This document shows, in pieces, positions 8,594 through 19,764 of a stretch of DNA of 64,000 nt. The notes under the pieces are model-generated. The model searched no databases. It was not told the origin of the DNA and saw only the letters and a program-made list of their open reading frames with translations. The DNA is taken from the NCBI GenBank assembly GCA_963816185.1, contig CAWFJJ010000028.1, positions 480,001-544,000 of the forward strand, written 5' to 3'. Both the position numbers and the translations under genes were made by a program. The first letter of the stretch is position 1; each line of letters opens with the position of its first letter. This stretch comes from Thermoanaerobaculia bacterium. Lineage in GTDB: Bacteria; Acidobacteriota; Thermoanaerobaculia; UBA5066.

Positions 8594-11500
8594 ATGGAGC
8601 GCTCCGAGGCGGGCCTGCTCGAGAGGGCGGTCGAGGTGCCCTCCTCATTTGCCGACGCCCTTCGCGTTCTGCCCGCGGACGGCACCTCTTCTCCCGAGCC
8701 CGGCGCCGCCCTTGCTCTGGTCGCTGCGGCCGAGCGCGCCCTCGCCGGAGAGACCGTAGCGGCCGAAACGTGGCACCGGTACCTGGACGCAACCCGCCAC
8801 CGCGAGTTCCTGCTCGCGTTGCCCGACGCAGCCGCTCGCACACGTTGGGCCGAGTCCACCTTCGGCGCGATCCGGGCCTCCGGGTATTCACTGGCAACGC
8901 TCCTCTCCCAGCGCGTCGCCGCCCACCCGGACAGAGTTTTCCTCCAGGCATCCCCCCGCCCCGAAGCGCCGCGCTGGACATACGCCCAGATCGAGCGTCG
9001 CCTCCGAGGGATGGCAGCCGCCCTCGCCTCCCTCGGCGAAGGTCCGCCTCGCGTGGCGATCGTGGCGGAGAACAGCCTCGACTCCGCTTGCTGCGACCTC
9101 GCCTGCCTCGTCCATGGCATCTTCGTCGCGCCTCTCGCACCTCATCTTCACGGCTCGGAGCTGACGTCGCTCCTCCCGCGCCTCGGCGCCAACCTCGTCC
9201 TCGTCGACACGGCCGATCAGCTCGCGAAGGTGGAATCCGTCGCGGCGCGGCTCTCGAGCCCCGTTCGTCCCGTTCTCCTCGATGCGGCCGCCCGTCTGAA
9301 GCGCGGGACCGCCGCCGTTCTCGGCGAGGAGGTCGGGAAGATGGGAGGAGAGGAGACGGACGAAGCGCTCCGTGACCTCCGTCCTTTCGGCCTCGATGAG
9401 GAGGCGACGGTCCTTTTCACATCAGGAAGCACGGGAGCCCAGAAGGGATTCGCCTTTTCGCCCTTCAATCTGCTCACGAAACGGTTCGCGCGAGCCGCGG
9501 CTCTTCCATTCGTCGGCGAAGGGGAGGTGCTTCTCTGTTACCTGCCGCTCTACCACACGTTCGGACGGTATCTGGAGCTGCTCGGCACGCTCTTCTGGGG
9601 CGGAACGTACGTCTTCGCGGGGAACCCTTCTCTGGAAACGCTCCTGGTCGGCCTGCGCCAGGTACGCCCCACGGGGCTGGTCAGCATTCCCGCCAGATGG
9701 GAACAGCTTCACGAACGCTGCCGGAAGCGGCTGGGAGCCACGGCCGGGCCGGAGGAGGAGGCGTCGGCCGTGCGGGAAGTAACGGGCGGGCGCCTCTCCT
9801 GGGGGCTGTCGGCGGCCGGCTTTCTGGATCCCGCGGTCTTTCGCTTCTTCGAGCGCAGCGGCGTCGCTCTTTGCAGCGGCTTCGGCATGACGGAGGCCAC
9901 CGGAGGCATCACGATGACGCCGCCCGGTCTCTACGAGGACGGGACCGTCGGAGTCCCGCTCCCGGGGATCCGCGTGCGGTTGGGCGAGGACGGGGAGCTT
10001 CTCATCGCCGGCCCGTATGTCGCCCGCGACATCGACGAGCCGGACCACGGCCGGCGCCGGGGAGCGATGGATCGGAAGCGGCGACATCTTTCGCGTTCGG
10101 CCGAGCGGCTTCCTCGAGATCGTCGACCGCGTCAAGGACATCTACAAGAACAGCCGGGGCCAAACGGTGGCCCCGAGGCGCGTGGAGCAGCTCTTCGAAG
10201 GGGTTCCCGGCATCCGGCGGACGTTTCTCGCAGGCGACGGGCGCGACGACAACGTCCTGCTGATCGTGCCGGACCCGGAGGCTCCGCTCCTCGCCGAGCT
10301 CACCTCCGAGGAAGAACGGCAGGCCTACTTCGCGCGGATCGTGGCCGAGGCGAACCTGGACCTGGCGCCGCACGAACGTGTCGTCGGGTTCTCCATCCTC
10401 GACCGCGACTTCTCCCTGGAGCGGGGCGAGCTGACGCCGAAGCAAAGCTACAAGCGCAAAGCGATCGAGCAGAGCTTCCGGGAACTCCTCGCGTCGCTCT
10501 ATCGCGGCAATGCCGTGCAGCTCGAGGGCAGGGACCTGCAGGTCCGCGTGCCGCGTTGGCTGCATCGCGATCTCGGAATCCTGGAGGGAGACCTCGTCCT
10601 CGGAGAGGACGCTCTCGAAGATCGTCGGCGAGGTCTCACGCTGACCCTCCGCCGGACGGAGGGCACGAACACCGTTCGCGTCGGCGATCTGGAGTACTTC
10701 GTCCGGGGCAGCCTCCTCGACTTCGGTCTTCTCGCCCACCAGCCGCTCCTCTGGCTCGGCAACACATCACTGGCGGCCTTCTGTCCGGTGAAAGAGGGAT
10801 GGGACCTGCCGATCGGCGCCTTCTCGCTCCGCGTGCGGCTGCCGGCTTACGGACGCCCGCCTGCGGGTGTCGCCGTTCCCGGACGGATCTCGTCGCCGGA
10901 GCTCGCGACCTTTCACCAGACCATCTGCGATGCGCTCTTCGGAGGGCGCGAAGAGTCTTTGCGAGCCGTCGCCGATCTCGAGGAGCGGCTCTCGAACGCG
11001 GACGCGATGACGGCGGTGGCGCTGAGACGGCGGCTCGAGGCGCTGGCCCGCCACCCTTCGGCCGAGGTTCGGTGCGAGGCGTTCCGTATTCTCGTCCTCG
11101 ACGACCCGGCCCCAGGTACCGCGTCCGAAATGGAGAGCTTCCTCGACTCGGGACTTCCGTTCCTTTCGGCGGAGAGCGTCGAGAAGATCGCGCAAGCCGG
11201 CCTGCCGGGGGAAAGGCTGGCCGTTCTGCGCCGGCGGCTGCACGGTTATCGAACCGGTCTTCCGCGTCCTCTTCCGGCCCTGCAGGCGGACCTGCTTTCC
11301 GACGTCTTCAACCTTCTCGTGCGTCACATCCGCAGGCACCGCGAGGACTACGTCGCGGTTCGCTCCGAGCTGGCCCGCTGGGCTCTGGAAGAGACGGACT
11401 CCGTCGTGGCCCGCACGGCGGCACGGTTGCTGGACGAGCTTTCGGAGTGGTACCAGAGAGGCCTCCCGTCGCGCGCGTCGTTCAAGGCGTCGCTCGCGTT

Positions 11501-13187
11501 CCACGAAGGGCTCGTTTCCGGTGAGCGCGAGCGAATCGAGCGGCTTTTCGACGAGACGGGATTCCTGGAGGAGTCCCTGGAGCTGGCGTGCGGCGAGACC
11601 CTGACGCCGGACGATCTCAGCGCCGGCGGGATCTGGATCGCTCCTGTGGCCAAAGTGCGACAGCATCAGCTCTACCGCGCCGGCATCAACATGCGATCGG
11701 GCCGGCATCACGACCTGCTGCTGATCGTCGGCGACGACCTGGACCTCCAGGCGGTCCGCCAGACGAAGCTCTGGATGGAGGCTCTGGCCTGCCCGGCGCA
11801 GGGAGAGCCCGTGGTGCCCGTCTTCGGGTGCTTCCGCCCGACACTCGGAGCCCTATCCGTGGGCTGGATCGACGAGCCGACGCTTGCCATCCGGCTCTGG
11901 GAGCTGGCGCGACCCGAGCACGAAGGCGGACGAAGCGTGGCGGGATGGCGAACCCTTTTCGTGAGGGCCCTCGCGGCCTTCTTCTCGGCCTGGGAGGCGA
12001 GCGGGCGGCGGCTCGTGCCCGGCGCCGTCTCGCCCGCGAACGTCGTCGTGCCCGGAGACGATTTTCGCGAGGGGACCGTTCTCCTCTCGCTCGCCGGGCA
12101 CCGGCCTTACGAAGGGCCCTGGTCGCTCGTCGGCCCGATGGCCTGGAACTTCTTCGAGGAGACGTTCGCCCTCTACCCGCGGTCGAGCGCGACGCTCCGG
12201 CGTGGCTGGATCGCCGACGCCTGCGTGGAGGCGCTCGGGCTGGAAGGCGCACGCGAGTTCCTCGGAGATCTCCTGCGCACGCCGCCCAAGGACGCTCCGG
12301 AGGCTGCTCCCGACGCGCTCTTCGAGGAGCTGGCTGCCGAAAAGCAATGGCTCGATTCCGCGTTCCATCCGCCGCTGGCTCTTCTCTCGGCCGTCCAACG
12401 GTTCGCGGCGTGGGAGGCTCTCGAGCCCGAGGCCCCGCTCTCCGCCCGAGAGGCGATGGTCCGCGGGCTGGAGCGCGTCTACCGTCTGGACCGCTTTCCG
12501 GAGATCGTCCGCTACCACCTTCACCGGGAGACGACGTTCGCCCGGGCGGACCTCCCCGCGCGGGAGGCGTTCGACGCCCTTCTCATCGCGATGTTCCGAC
12601 GGCCGGGCGTCTGGCCCGCACAGATGGTCGAGCTGGCCGAAGTTCAGGCCTCGCTTCGAAGCGCCGAGGAGCGCCTCGCGTTCGGCCGTCTGGTCTTCCC
12701 CGACTCCGCTCCGGACAAGGACGTGGCGCTTGCGGCCGTGGGCGAGGGAGGTCGGCACCTCGTCGCCACGACCCACACGGTCGACCGCACCGGGGCACGT
12801 TATACCGTGAGAGATCCGCACGATCCGGCCGAGCTCGGGCGTCTGGTTCAGCTCCTGGTGAGATCCGGCGTTCCCCGCGCCTACTCCGAAGGCCACCGCC
12901 ATCTCGTGGCCCTGGACACGCAAGAGCGCGTCGTCGCAGGCGTCGCGTACTCCTTCCTCCCTGGCGCCGCGGCACAGCTCGACGGGGTCGCCGTCACCCC
13001 GGCGCTGCGAGGCCGAGGTCTGTCGTCCGCTCTTCTCAACGACCTCTGCGCGAGATTGAGCGGACTCGGCGTGAATGTTCTGACGCGGCACCTCGCGTTC
13101 CGCGACATCCCCCTGGGCCGCGCCTGGCTGTATGACAGGCGCTGGCGTTGCCTCGTCCGGCCGTGCCGGACGCTTCCGGAGGCATGA
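8594..13187 (+). CDS. Giant AMP-dependent acyl-CoA synthetase / unknown domain / GNAT fusion (~1530 aa); one apparent frameshift near 10050
   Basis: GGAGGG RBS and ATG 8594; LFTSGSTGAQKG, GFGMTEAT; continues in the 10017..13187 frame with SGDIF...IVDRVKDIYKNSRGQTVAP; C-terminal VAVTPALRGRGLSSALL GNAT motif A. Confidence 0.85.
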
Positions 13188-13401
13188 GCGGGCGCGCTCG
13201 TGTGTCCCGGCACACGCGAGACACGGAGGAGACCGCCGGAGACACACGCCGAGACGTCTCGAGGTCTTGGCGCCGGGGCGGCGCGCGGGTTTCGCGGCCC
13301 GCCCGAGCGGAATGGGGCTTGCGTAGACCATGGTCCGGCGGACGAGAAAAGGAGAATGTCGGACGGTCACATACACTGGCCCGGCACGAACAATCCATTT
13401 C

Positions 13402-15957
13402 ATGAATCGCATTTCCCGAATCGCCTTCTCGAGCGTGCTCCTCGTCGCTTCGGCGAGAGCGCGGGCCCTGGATCCGTCAAAGTCCATCGCCCAATACGGG
13501 CTCGATGCGTGGGCCACGCGAGACGGGCTGCCGCAGAATTCGGTTGCGGCGCTCCTCCAGACCCGCAACGGTTATCTGTGGATGGGTACGGAGGAAGGGC
13601 TGGTGCGCTTCGACGGCGTGCGCTTCACGGTCTTCAGCACCCGCAACACGCCCGCGTTTCGCCAGAACAGGATCGAGGCGCTCGCGGAAGGCAGCGACGG
13701 GAGCCTCTGGATCGGAACGGTGGACGGCTTGCTCCGAAAACGCGGGGACGAATTCACGTCCTATGGCGTCGCCGACGGCCTGCCGAACGAGACGATCTTG
13801 GCGTTGCTCGCGGATCCGGACGGATCGCTATGGATCGGAACGCAGCGAGGCGGCCTCGCGTGCTGGAAGGACGAGCGCTTCGTTTCCGTTCTTTCCCGCG
13901 AGCAGGGACTGCCCAGCGACATGGTGACCGCGTTGGCGCGCTCGCGCGACGGCTCTCTCTGGGTGGGCACGGACGACGGGCTGGCGTGCGTACGAGAGGG
14001 CCGCATCGTCTCGCGGACGACGACGAGCGACGGACTGCCCGCGAACCGCGTGAACGACGTCGTGGAAGGACGCGACGGCGAGATCTGGGCGGCCACGTCG
14101 GGAGGCCTCGCCCTCCTTTCCCGAGGTCGCGTCACCGTCGTCACGAAGAGCAAGGAGTTCTCGAGCATCAATGCTCTGTGTCTGGACCGTGGCGGAACGC
14201 TCTGGACAGGCACGAGCCGAGGACTAAGCCGCGTTCGGGGCGGCGCCGTCCAACCGTTCGGCGGGGCCGGCGGACCTCCGCACGGAGTCGTCGTGGTCTG
14301 CCTTCTCGAGGATCACGAGGGAAACCTCTGGATCGGCACGGACGGCGACGGCTTGCTGCGACTGCGCGACGCCCCGATCGTCACGTACGGAAAACGCGAC
14401 GGCCTCACGAAGGATTACGTTTACGCCGTCCTCGAGGATCCTCACGGGATCGTCTGGGTCGGCACGCGCGGGGGCGGACTGGGACGACTTCGGGACGGGG
14501 ACGTGTCGGTGTTGACGACACGCGAGGGGCTTCCCCACGACGTGGTCTCGGCGCTGGCACAGGGGAGGGACGGCGCGCTCTGGGTCGGGACGGCCGGCGG
14601 CGGGATCGCGCGTCTGAAGGACGGACGCGTGAGGGTCTATGCGAAGAAAGACGGGCTCTCCTCGAATCTGATCCGTGTGCTTCTCGAGGATCGGCACGGC
14701 GCCCTCTGGATCGGGACCAGCGGCGGAGGGCTCGATCGGCTCGAGCAGGGGCGCGTCACGTCCTTCTCCGAGGCGGACGGCCTCGCGGGCGACACGGTCG
14801 TGGATCTCTGCGAGAGCCGTGACGGCTCGCTCTGGGTCGGGACGACGACCGGGATCTCGCGCTTTCAGGATGGAACCTTCACGTCGTTCGGCGAGAAGGA
14901 AGGCCTGTCCTACGCCGTCCGGGCGCTCAAGGCGGATCCCGACGGAACGCTCTGGATCGGAACGTCGGGCGGAGGCCTTTTCAGGATGCGCGGGGGGCGA
15001 CTCTCCTCGGTGACGGCGCGGCAGGGGCTCTACGACGACGTCGTGTTCGCGATCCTCGACGACGGCGCAGGCAACCTCTGGATGAGCTGCAACCGAGGCA
15101 TCTTCCGGGTCGCACGGCAGGAGCTCGAAGACTTCTTCGCCGGCAAGAGATCTGCCGTGACCTCCGCCGCGTACGGCGAGGCCGACGGCATGAAATCGGC
15201 CGAGTGCAACGGCGGCTTTCAACCGTCGGCCTGGAGAGGGCGTGACGGCCGGCTGTGGTTCGCGACGATTCGCGGCGTCGCCGTCGTCGATCCGAAAGCA
15301 ATCCGGGTCAACCGCGAGCCGCCTCCCGTGGTGCTCGAAAGAATCATCGTGGACGGCCGCAACCTCGGCGCCACGGCGGGACAGCCCTTCCCCCCGGGAA
15401 GCCGGTCGATCGAGCTCGATTACGCTGGTTTGTCTTTCGTCTCCTCCGAGAGGATGCGCTTCAAGTACCGCCTCGAAGGGGTCGACTCCGACTGGGTGGA
15501 TGCGGGCCAGCGCCGGACCGCGTATTACACGAAGCTGTCGCCTGGCCGGTACGTCTTCCGCGTGATCGCCAGCAACAGCGACGGAGTCTGGAACGAGACG
15601 GGAGCGTCGCTCCCTTTCTCGGTCCGACCGTTCTTCTGGCAGACGCTCTGGTTCTACGCACTCTGCGCGGCCTTCGTGCTGCTCGTGGCCGCCGCGGCCT
15701 TCCAGTTCCGCGTCCGCAGCCTGCGCCTGAGGGAAGAAGACCTGAAACGGCGCGTCGCCGAGGAGATCGCGCGCGTCCGCGTCCTGAGCGGACTCCTGCC
15801 CATTTGCGCCTGGTGCAAGAAGGTCCGCGACGACGCCGGGTATTGGAAGCAGATTGAGGCCTACATCCGCGATCACACGGAGGCACAGTTCACGCACGGC
15901 ATCTGCCCGGACTGTGAGAAGACTTTCCACCAGGAGCTCGGGACCGAGAAACCCTAG
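13402..15957 (+). CDS. Beta-propeller (Reg_prop/Y_Y_Y) membrane sensor with a short C-terminal 4-Cys domain and no kinase
   Basis: Signal peptide, many DG.LWIGT..GL repeats, FKYRLEGVD...AYYTKLSPGRYVFRV, TM after PFFWQTLWF, tail LPICAWCKKVRD...FTHGICPDC. Confidence 0.9.
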   Translation: MNRISRIAFSSVLLVASARARALDPSKSIAQYGLDAWATRDGLPQNSVAALLQTRNGYLWMGTEEGLVRFDGVRFTVFSTRNTPAFRQNRIEALAEGSDGSLWIGTVDGLLRKRGDEFTSYGVADGLPNETILALLADPDGSLWIGTQRGGLACWKDERFVSVLSREQGLPSDMVTALARSRDGSLWVGTDDGLACVREGRIVSRTTTSDGLPANRVNDVVEGRDGEIWAATSGGLALLSRGRVTVVTKSKEFSSINALCLDRGGTLWTGTSRGLSRVRGGAVQPFGGAGGPPHGVVVVCLLEDHEGNLWIGTDGDGLLRLRDAPIVTYGKRDGLTKDYVYAVLEDPHGIVWVGTRGGGLGRLRDGDVSVLTTREGLPHDVVSALAQGRDGALWVGTAGGGIARLKDGRVRVYAKKDGLSSNLIRVLLEDRHGALWIGTSGGGLDRLEQGRVTSFSEADGLAGDTVVDLCESRDGSLWVGTTTGISRFQDGTFTSFGEKEGLSYAVRALKADPDGTLWIGTSGGGLFRMRGGRLSSVTARQGLYDDVVFAILDDGAGNLWMSCNRGIFRVARQELEDFFAGKRSAVTSAAYGEADGMKSAECNGGFQPSAWRGRDGRLWFATIRGVAVVDPKAIRVNREPPPVVLERIIVDGRNLGATAGQPFPPGSRSIELDYAGLSFVSSERMRFKYRLEGVDSDWVDAGQRRTAYYTKLSPGRYVFRVIASNSDGVWNETGASLPFSVRPFFWQTLWFYALCAAFVLLVAAAAFQFRVRSLRLREEDLKRRVAEEIARVRVLSGLLPICAWCKKVRDDAGYWKQIEAYIRDHTEAQFTHGICPDCEKTFHQELGTEKP

Positions 15958-16102
15958 AGCGAGCCCCCTCAACGCGATGGACTTGTTCTATTCCTGCGCC
16001 GTCGATTCCTCGGGCCTCGGGGCAGGGGCCGCGGGAATCGTGGGCGTCCGGGTTGGAAGCGTTACACGGCCGGCCCGGCAGGCAGCTTGCGTGCGGCCAC
16101 GC

Positions 16103-16507
16103 GTGTCCAAGGCCCAGGATTGCGATGTGCTCGTCGTGGACGACGACCGGGCCCTCCGAGAGGGTCTCATCGAGCTTTTCCGGATGGAGGGAATCTCGGC
16201 CCGAGGAGCCGCGAACGGCCTCGAGGCGCTTTCGTTCCTGAGCAAGGGGCTCAGGCCTCGGGTGATCCTCCTCGATCTCGACATGCCGGCGCTTAACGGA
16301 TGGGGCGTCGTCGAGGGTCTCTCGCGCAACGCCGACTTCTCCGAGATCCCGCTCCTGATCATGTCGGGCATCGTGGCCGAGGAACGGGCTCCACTCCGGA
16401 AGGGTGACCTCGGGTTCTTCCGCAAGCCGCTCAACTTCGACGGCGTCCTGACCCGGATTCGTCCGGTTGTTTCGGGCGGGAACGGTCGCAGAAACCCGGC
16501 GTCGTGA
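16103..16507 (+). CDS. Stand-alone response regulator receiver (CheY-like)
   Basis: VLVVDDD, ILLDLDMPALNG, FRKPL; GTG start at 16103 is inferred. Confidence 0.85.
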   Translation: MSKAQDCDVLVVDDDRALREGLIELFRMEGISARGAANGLEALSFLSKGLRPRVILLDLDMPALNGWGVVEGLSRNADFSEIPLLIMSGIVAEERAPLRKGDLGFFRKPLNFDGVLTRIRPVVSGGNGRRNPAS

Positions 16508-16515
16508 GCGGGTGA

Positions 16516-17928
16516 TCACCGGCCGCTGCGCCGCCCTCGCCTGATCGAGAAGAGCGCCGAGGTTGCCGCGAAAATGGCCGCTGCGGCATAGGTCCAGCGA
16601 AGCCCGGCGGAGAAGGCCGATGCGTCCGAGGGCCCGAGCTCCGGGACCTTGAGGACGTTCGCCGGAACGGCGGCATAAAGAACCGCCCCCGCGGCGGCGA
16701 CACCGAGGACCATCCCGACACTGCGCGAGGTGCCGAGGAGGCTCGACACGACGCCGAGGTGCTCGCGTGGCGCGGATCCCATCACCGCGCTGTTGTTCGG
16801 CGACTGGAAAGTCCCGGTCCCGACGCCGAACAGGGCGAGGCCGAGAACCACGGGCAGGGTCCCGCCGTCCTCCGGCCTCGCGGCGAACAGAAGGCAGGCC
16901 AACGCGCAAACGGAGCTGCCGCCTGCCGCGAGAGTCACGGTTCCGATCCGGTCCGACAGCGCGCCCGCGAAGGGCGCAACGGCGAAGACGGTGAGCGGGA
17001 AAGCCGTCAGGACGAGGCCGACGCGCGCCGGCCCCTCGTGAAGGACCCGGGAGAGAAAGAACGGCGTCACGAAGACGACGACGTACTGGGCCATGAAGTT
17101 CAGCACGGCGGCGAGACACCCGAGGCCGAGCGGGGCGCTCCGGAAGAGATGAAGGTCGAGGAGAGGTTGTGCCGCTCGGCGCTCGATCGCGACGAACGCG
17201 CTGCCGAGGAGAACGGCGGCGGCGAGAAGCGCGGCCGCGACGGCGTCGACCCCGTTTTGCTGGATGCGGTTGACGGAGAAGAGAAACATCGAGAGCGCGC
17301 CCAGGATGGTGAGCGCGCCCGGCGCGTCGATCCGCCCGGGCTCGCCCCGGAGGTTCGGCAGGACGCGCCGCGCGAACGCAAAGGCGGCGAGCCCGACCGG
17401 GAGGTTCACGAGAAAGACCGCGCGCCAGCCGAACGCCCCCGCGAGAAAGCCTCCGAGGCTGGGTCCCACGGCGAGGCCGACGGAGATGCTGCCGGCGAAG
17501 AGACCGATGACGCGCCCCCGGTCGGCAGCCGGATACGTCCCGGTCAGGATGGCGAGCGGGACCGACGAGATCATTCCGGCCGCAAGACCCTGCAAGCCCC
17601 GGAACCCCACGAGCGCGTGCAGGCTCGGGGCCGCCGCGCAGAGAGCCGATGCCGCCACGAAACCGAGCAGGCCGAGGAGAAACACGCGCCGGTAGCCCCA
17701 GAGATCCCCCAACCTCCCGAAGAAGAGAACGAGGCTTCCCGCGGTCACGAGGTAGAGCATCGGCACCCACTGCGCCTCCGCGAGGCTCGCGGAGAAGGAC
17801 TTTGCGATCCCGGGAAGGACGACGTTGACGATGCTCGCGTCGATCGGGCCGAGGATCGTGCCGAGCATGACGGCGGCGAGGATCTCGCGCCGACGGGACG
17901 GGTCGGGCTCGGCCATCTCGGGTTTCAC
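16516..17928 (-). CDS. MFS transporter, DHA2 (14-TM) family
   Basis: GPIDASIVNV, FGRLGDLWGYRR motif A, WRAVFLVNLPVG, FQSPNNSAVMG. Confidence 0.93.
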   Translation of the reverse strand: MKPEMAEPDPSRRREILAAVMLGTILGPIDASIVNVVLPGIAKSFSASLAEAQWVPMLYLVTAGSLVLFFGRLGDLWGYRRVFLLGLLGFVAASALCAAAPSLHALVGFRGLQGLAAGMISSVPLAILTGTYPAADRGRVIGLFAGSISVGLAVGPSLGGFLAGAFGWRAVFLVNLPVGLAAFAFARRVLPNLRGEPGRIDAPGALTILGALSMFLFSVNRIQQNGVDAVAAALLAAAVLLGSAFVAIERRAAQPLLDLHLFRSAPLGLGCLAAVLNFMAQYVVVFVTPFFLSRVLHEGPARVGLVLTAFPLTVFAVAPFAGALSDRIGTVTLAAGGSSVCALACLLFAARPEDGGTLPVVLGLALFGVGTGTFQSPNNSAVMGSAPREHLGVVSSLLGTSRSVGMVLGVAAAGAVLYAAVPANVLKVPELGPSDASAFSAGLRWTYAAAAIFAATSALFSIRRGRRSGR

Positions 17929-18003
17929 GCAAATCCTCCGCCGGAGATCATCTCCGAGAATCGCGGCCCGCCGCGGACGAGACCTTCGCAGTCTCTTTTG
18001 GTC

Positions 18004-19764
18004 CTACGCCTCGACGGCAGCGTTCCCGAACCCGGCCCGGACGATCTCGTAGCGTTCTCTGATGAGGGTCGCGAGTTCGCCGTTGACGTCGGGCGTCTCG
18101 CCGAGCCGGTATCGTTCTTCCACGTGCGCGACCTGCGAGGCCAGGAAACGGTCCCCGAACACGTCCGAAATCCAGCGCGAGAAGTCGCCGCGCCCGAGAT
18201 GACCCTCGAGAAGAGACGCGGGAGCGGCCGAAAGAATCGTCGCGAGCTCCTTCAGCGTGCGCGCCCGAGCACGTGCGCCTTCCGGCCCCGCGAAGACGAA
18301 GGCCTTCTCGTCGGGCACCGGCACATCGACGTACTTCGTCCGATGTCTGACGTGCGGCGTGCGCCGAGGCGCCAGTCGAATACGGGAGAGCTCGCCCGCC
18401 ATTTCTCCCGTGACCGGGAGGAGAGCCGCTTCCCCGGGCCCGAGACTTCCCAGCAGCGCTCGCCATTCCGCGGTGTCTGCGGCGAGATCGCCGAGCAGAG
18501 CACGAAGCTGATCGATCTCGCGCGAATCCGATTCCCGCGTCACGATCACGAAGTCGCTCGCCCGAAGTATCGAGGGATCGAGACCCGAGAGTCGGTAGGA
18601 CACCAGGGTATAGCCGGCCAGGTCCATGTCGAGGAGACCGGCGGCGTCCGGCCCGTGAAGGAAGTAGTGCGCCTCGTCGACGACGATCCGGTGCGGAACC
18701 CCGGTTTGCCGCCTCAAGCTCGCGAGGGACGGGAGAGCGGCTCGCATGTACTCGAACTTCTCGGCGTGAGGGAGGAGCGAGAGATCGACGACGACGCTGA
18801 CGTCGGGATAGCGAAGCGCGGCGACGAGCTCGTGCGGCTTCGGCGGCGGGTTCTCGCCTCCCAGGATCAGAACCCCGGGCAGCGCCTCCAGGGAACGATA
18901 GTCGCCTTCGGGGTCGAGAACACAGACCGAGTAACGGGCCTGGATGAGCTGCTCCGTCAGCAGTCCGGCGATCCACGATTTTCCCGAGCGCGGTTCTCCG
19001 CCGATGAGGAAGTTTCTTCCCCGGAGAGCCAAGTGGAGAGGGCTCCCGTCCGGCGTCCATCCCAGGAGGATCTGGCGGCGGCCGGGGTGAGGGATCGGTA
19101 GCCGCGCGCTCCGCACGACCTGGCGGACATACGCGGCGACGTCGCTCGGGCCGCTGCCTTCGACGACGGCGTCGGCAACGGCTTTGAGCCAGCCGCTCCC
19201 CCACGCCACGGCCGCGCCGACCTCGCACGCTCTCAGCATCTCGTGGTCGTTCTCCGCATCCCCGATCGCGAGCGCGTTGTGCAGGGAAAGGCGCTGCGTG
19301 TAAAGCGCTTCGTGAAGGCCGGTCGCCTTGCTCACGGCCTGAGGGAGAACCATCGCCCGCCCCCGGTTGAAAACGATGGCGAGCGGGAGCTCCAGCTCTC
19401 TGATGACTGCAAGAAGGGCGGAGGCGGCATCGGCGCTCGCCTCGACGACGCACTCCCCCGCGAGAAACGCGATCTTGCGGCGTTCGAGCTCCTCGCGAAA
19501 ATGCGCGGGCGGCGGCTCCGCGAGAAGCCGGGAGACACCCGCCTCGGGGAAGGCGAGGACCGCCCCGTTTTCCGCGACGACGGCGTCCACGAACCTCAGG
19601 TCCCCGGCAAGGCGCCTGAGCTCGCCCAGAATCCGGCCCGTCACCAGGATGACCTTGATACCGGTGGCCCGTGTCTCTGCGATCGCCGCGCGCATTTCCG
19701 GGCCCAGCACGCCCCGGACGGCGATCGTCCCGTCGTAGTCGAGCGCCAGCGCCGTGAGTCTCAC
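18004..19764 (-). CDS. HAD-IIB phosphatase fused to a P-loop ATPase (HerA/DUF87-like)
   Basis: LALDYDGT, VTGR, GDAEND; Walker A GEPRSGKS, LDPEGDY, Walker B IVVDEAH; GTGA overlap with the PRTase stop. Confidence 0.88.
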   Translation of the reverse strand: MRLTALALDYDGTIAVRGVLGPEMRAAIAETRATGIKVILVTGRILGELRRLAGDLRFVDAVVAENGAVLAFPEAGVSRLLAEPPPAHFREELERRKIAFLAGECVVEASADAASALLAVIRELELPLAIVFNRGRAMVLPQAVSKATGLHEALYTQRLSLHNALAIGDAENDHEMLRACEVGAAVAWGSGWLKAVADAVVEGSGPSDVAAYVRQVVRSARLPIPHPGRRQILLGWTPDGSPLHLALRGRNFLIGGEPRSGKSWIAGLLTEQLIQARYSVCVLDPEGDYRSLEALPGVLILGGENPPPKPHELVAALRYPDVSVVVDLSLLPHAEKFEYMRAALPSLASLRRQTGVPHRIVVDEAHYFLHGPDAAGLLDMDLAGYTLVSYRLSGLDPSILRASDFVIVTRESDSREIDQLRALLGDLAADTAEWRALLGSLGPGEAALLPVTGEMAGELSRIRLAPRRTPHVRHRTKYVDVPVPDEKAFVFAGPEGARARARTLKELATILSAAPASLLEGHLGRGDFSRWISDVFGDRFLASQVAHVEERYRLGETPDVNGELATLIRERYEIVRAGFGNAAVEA

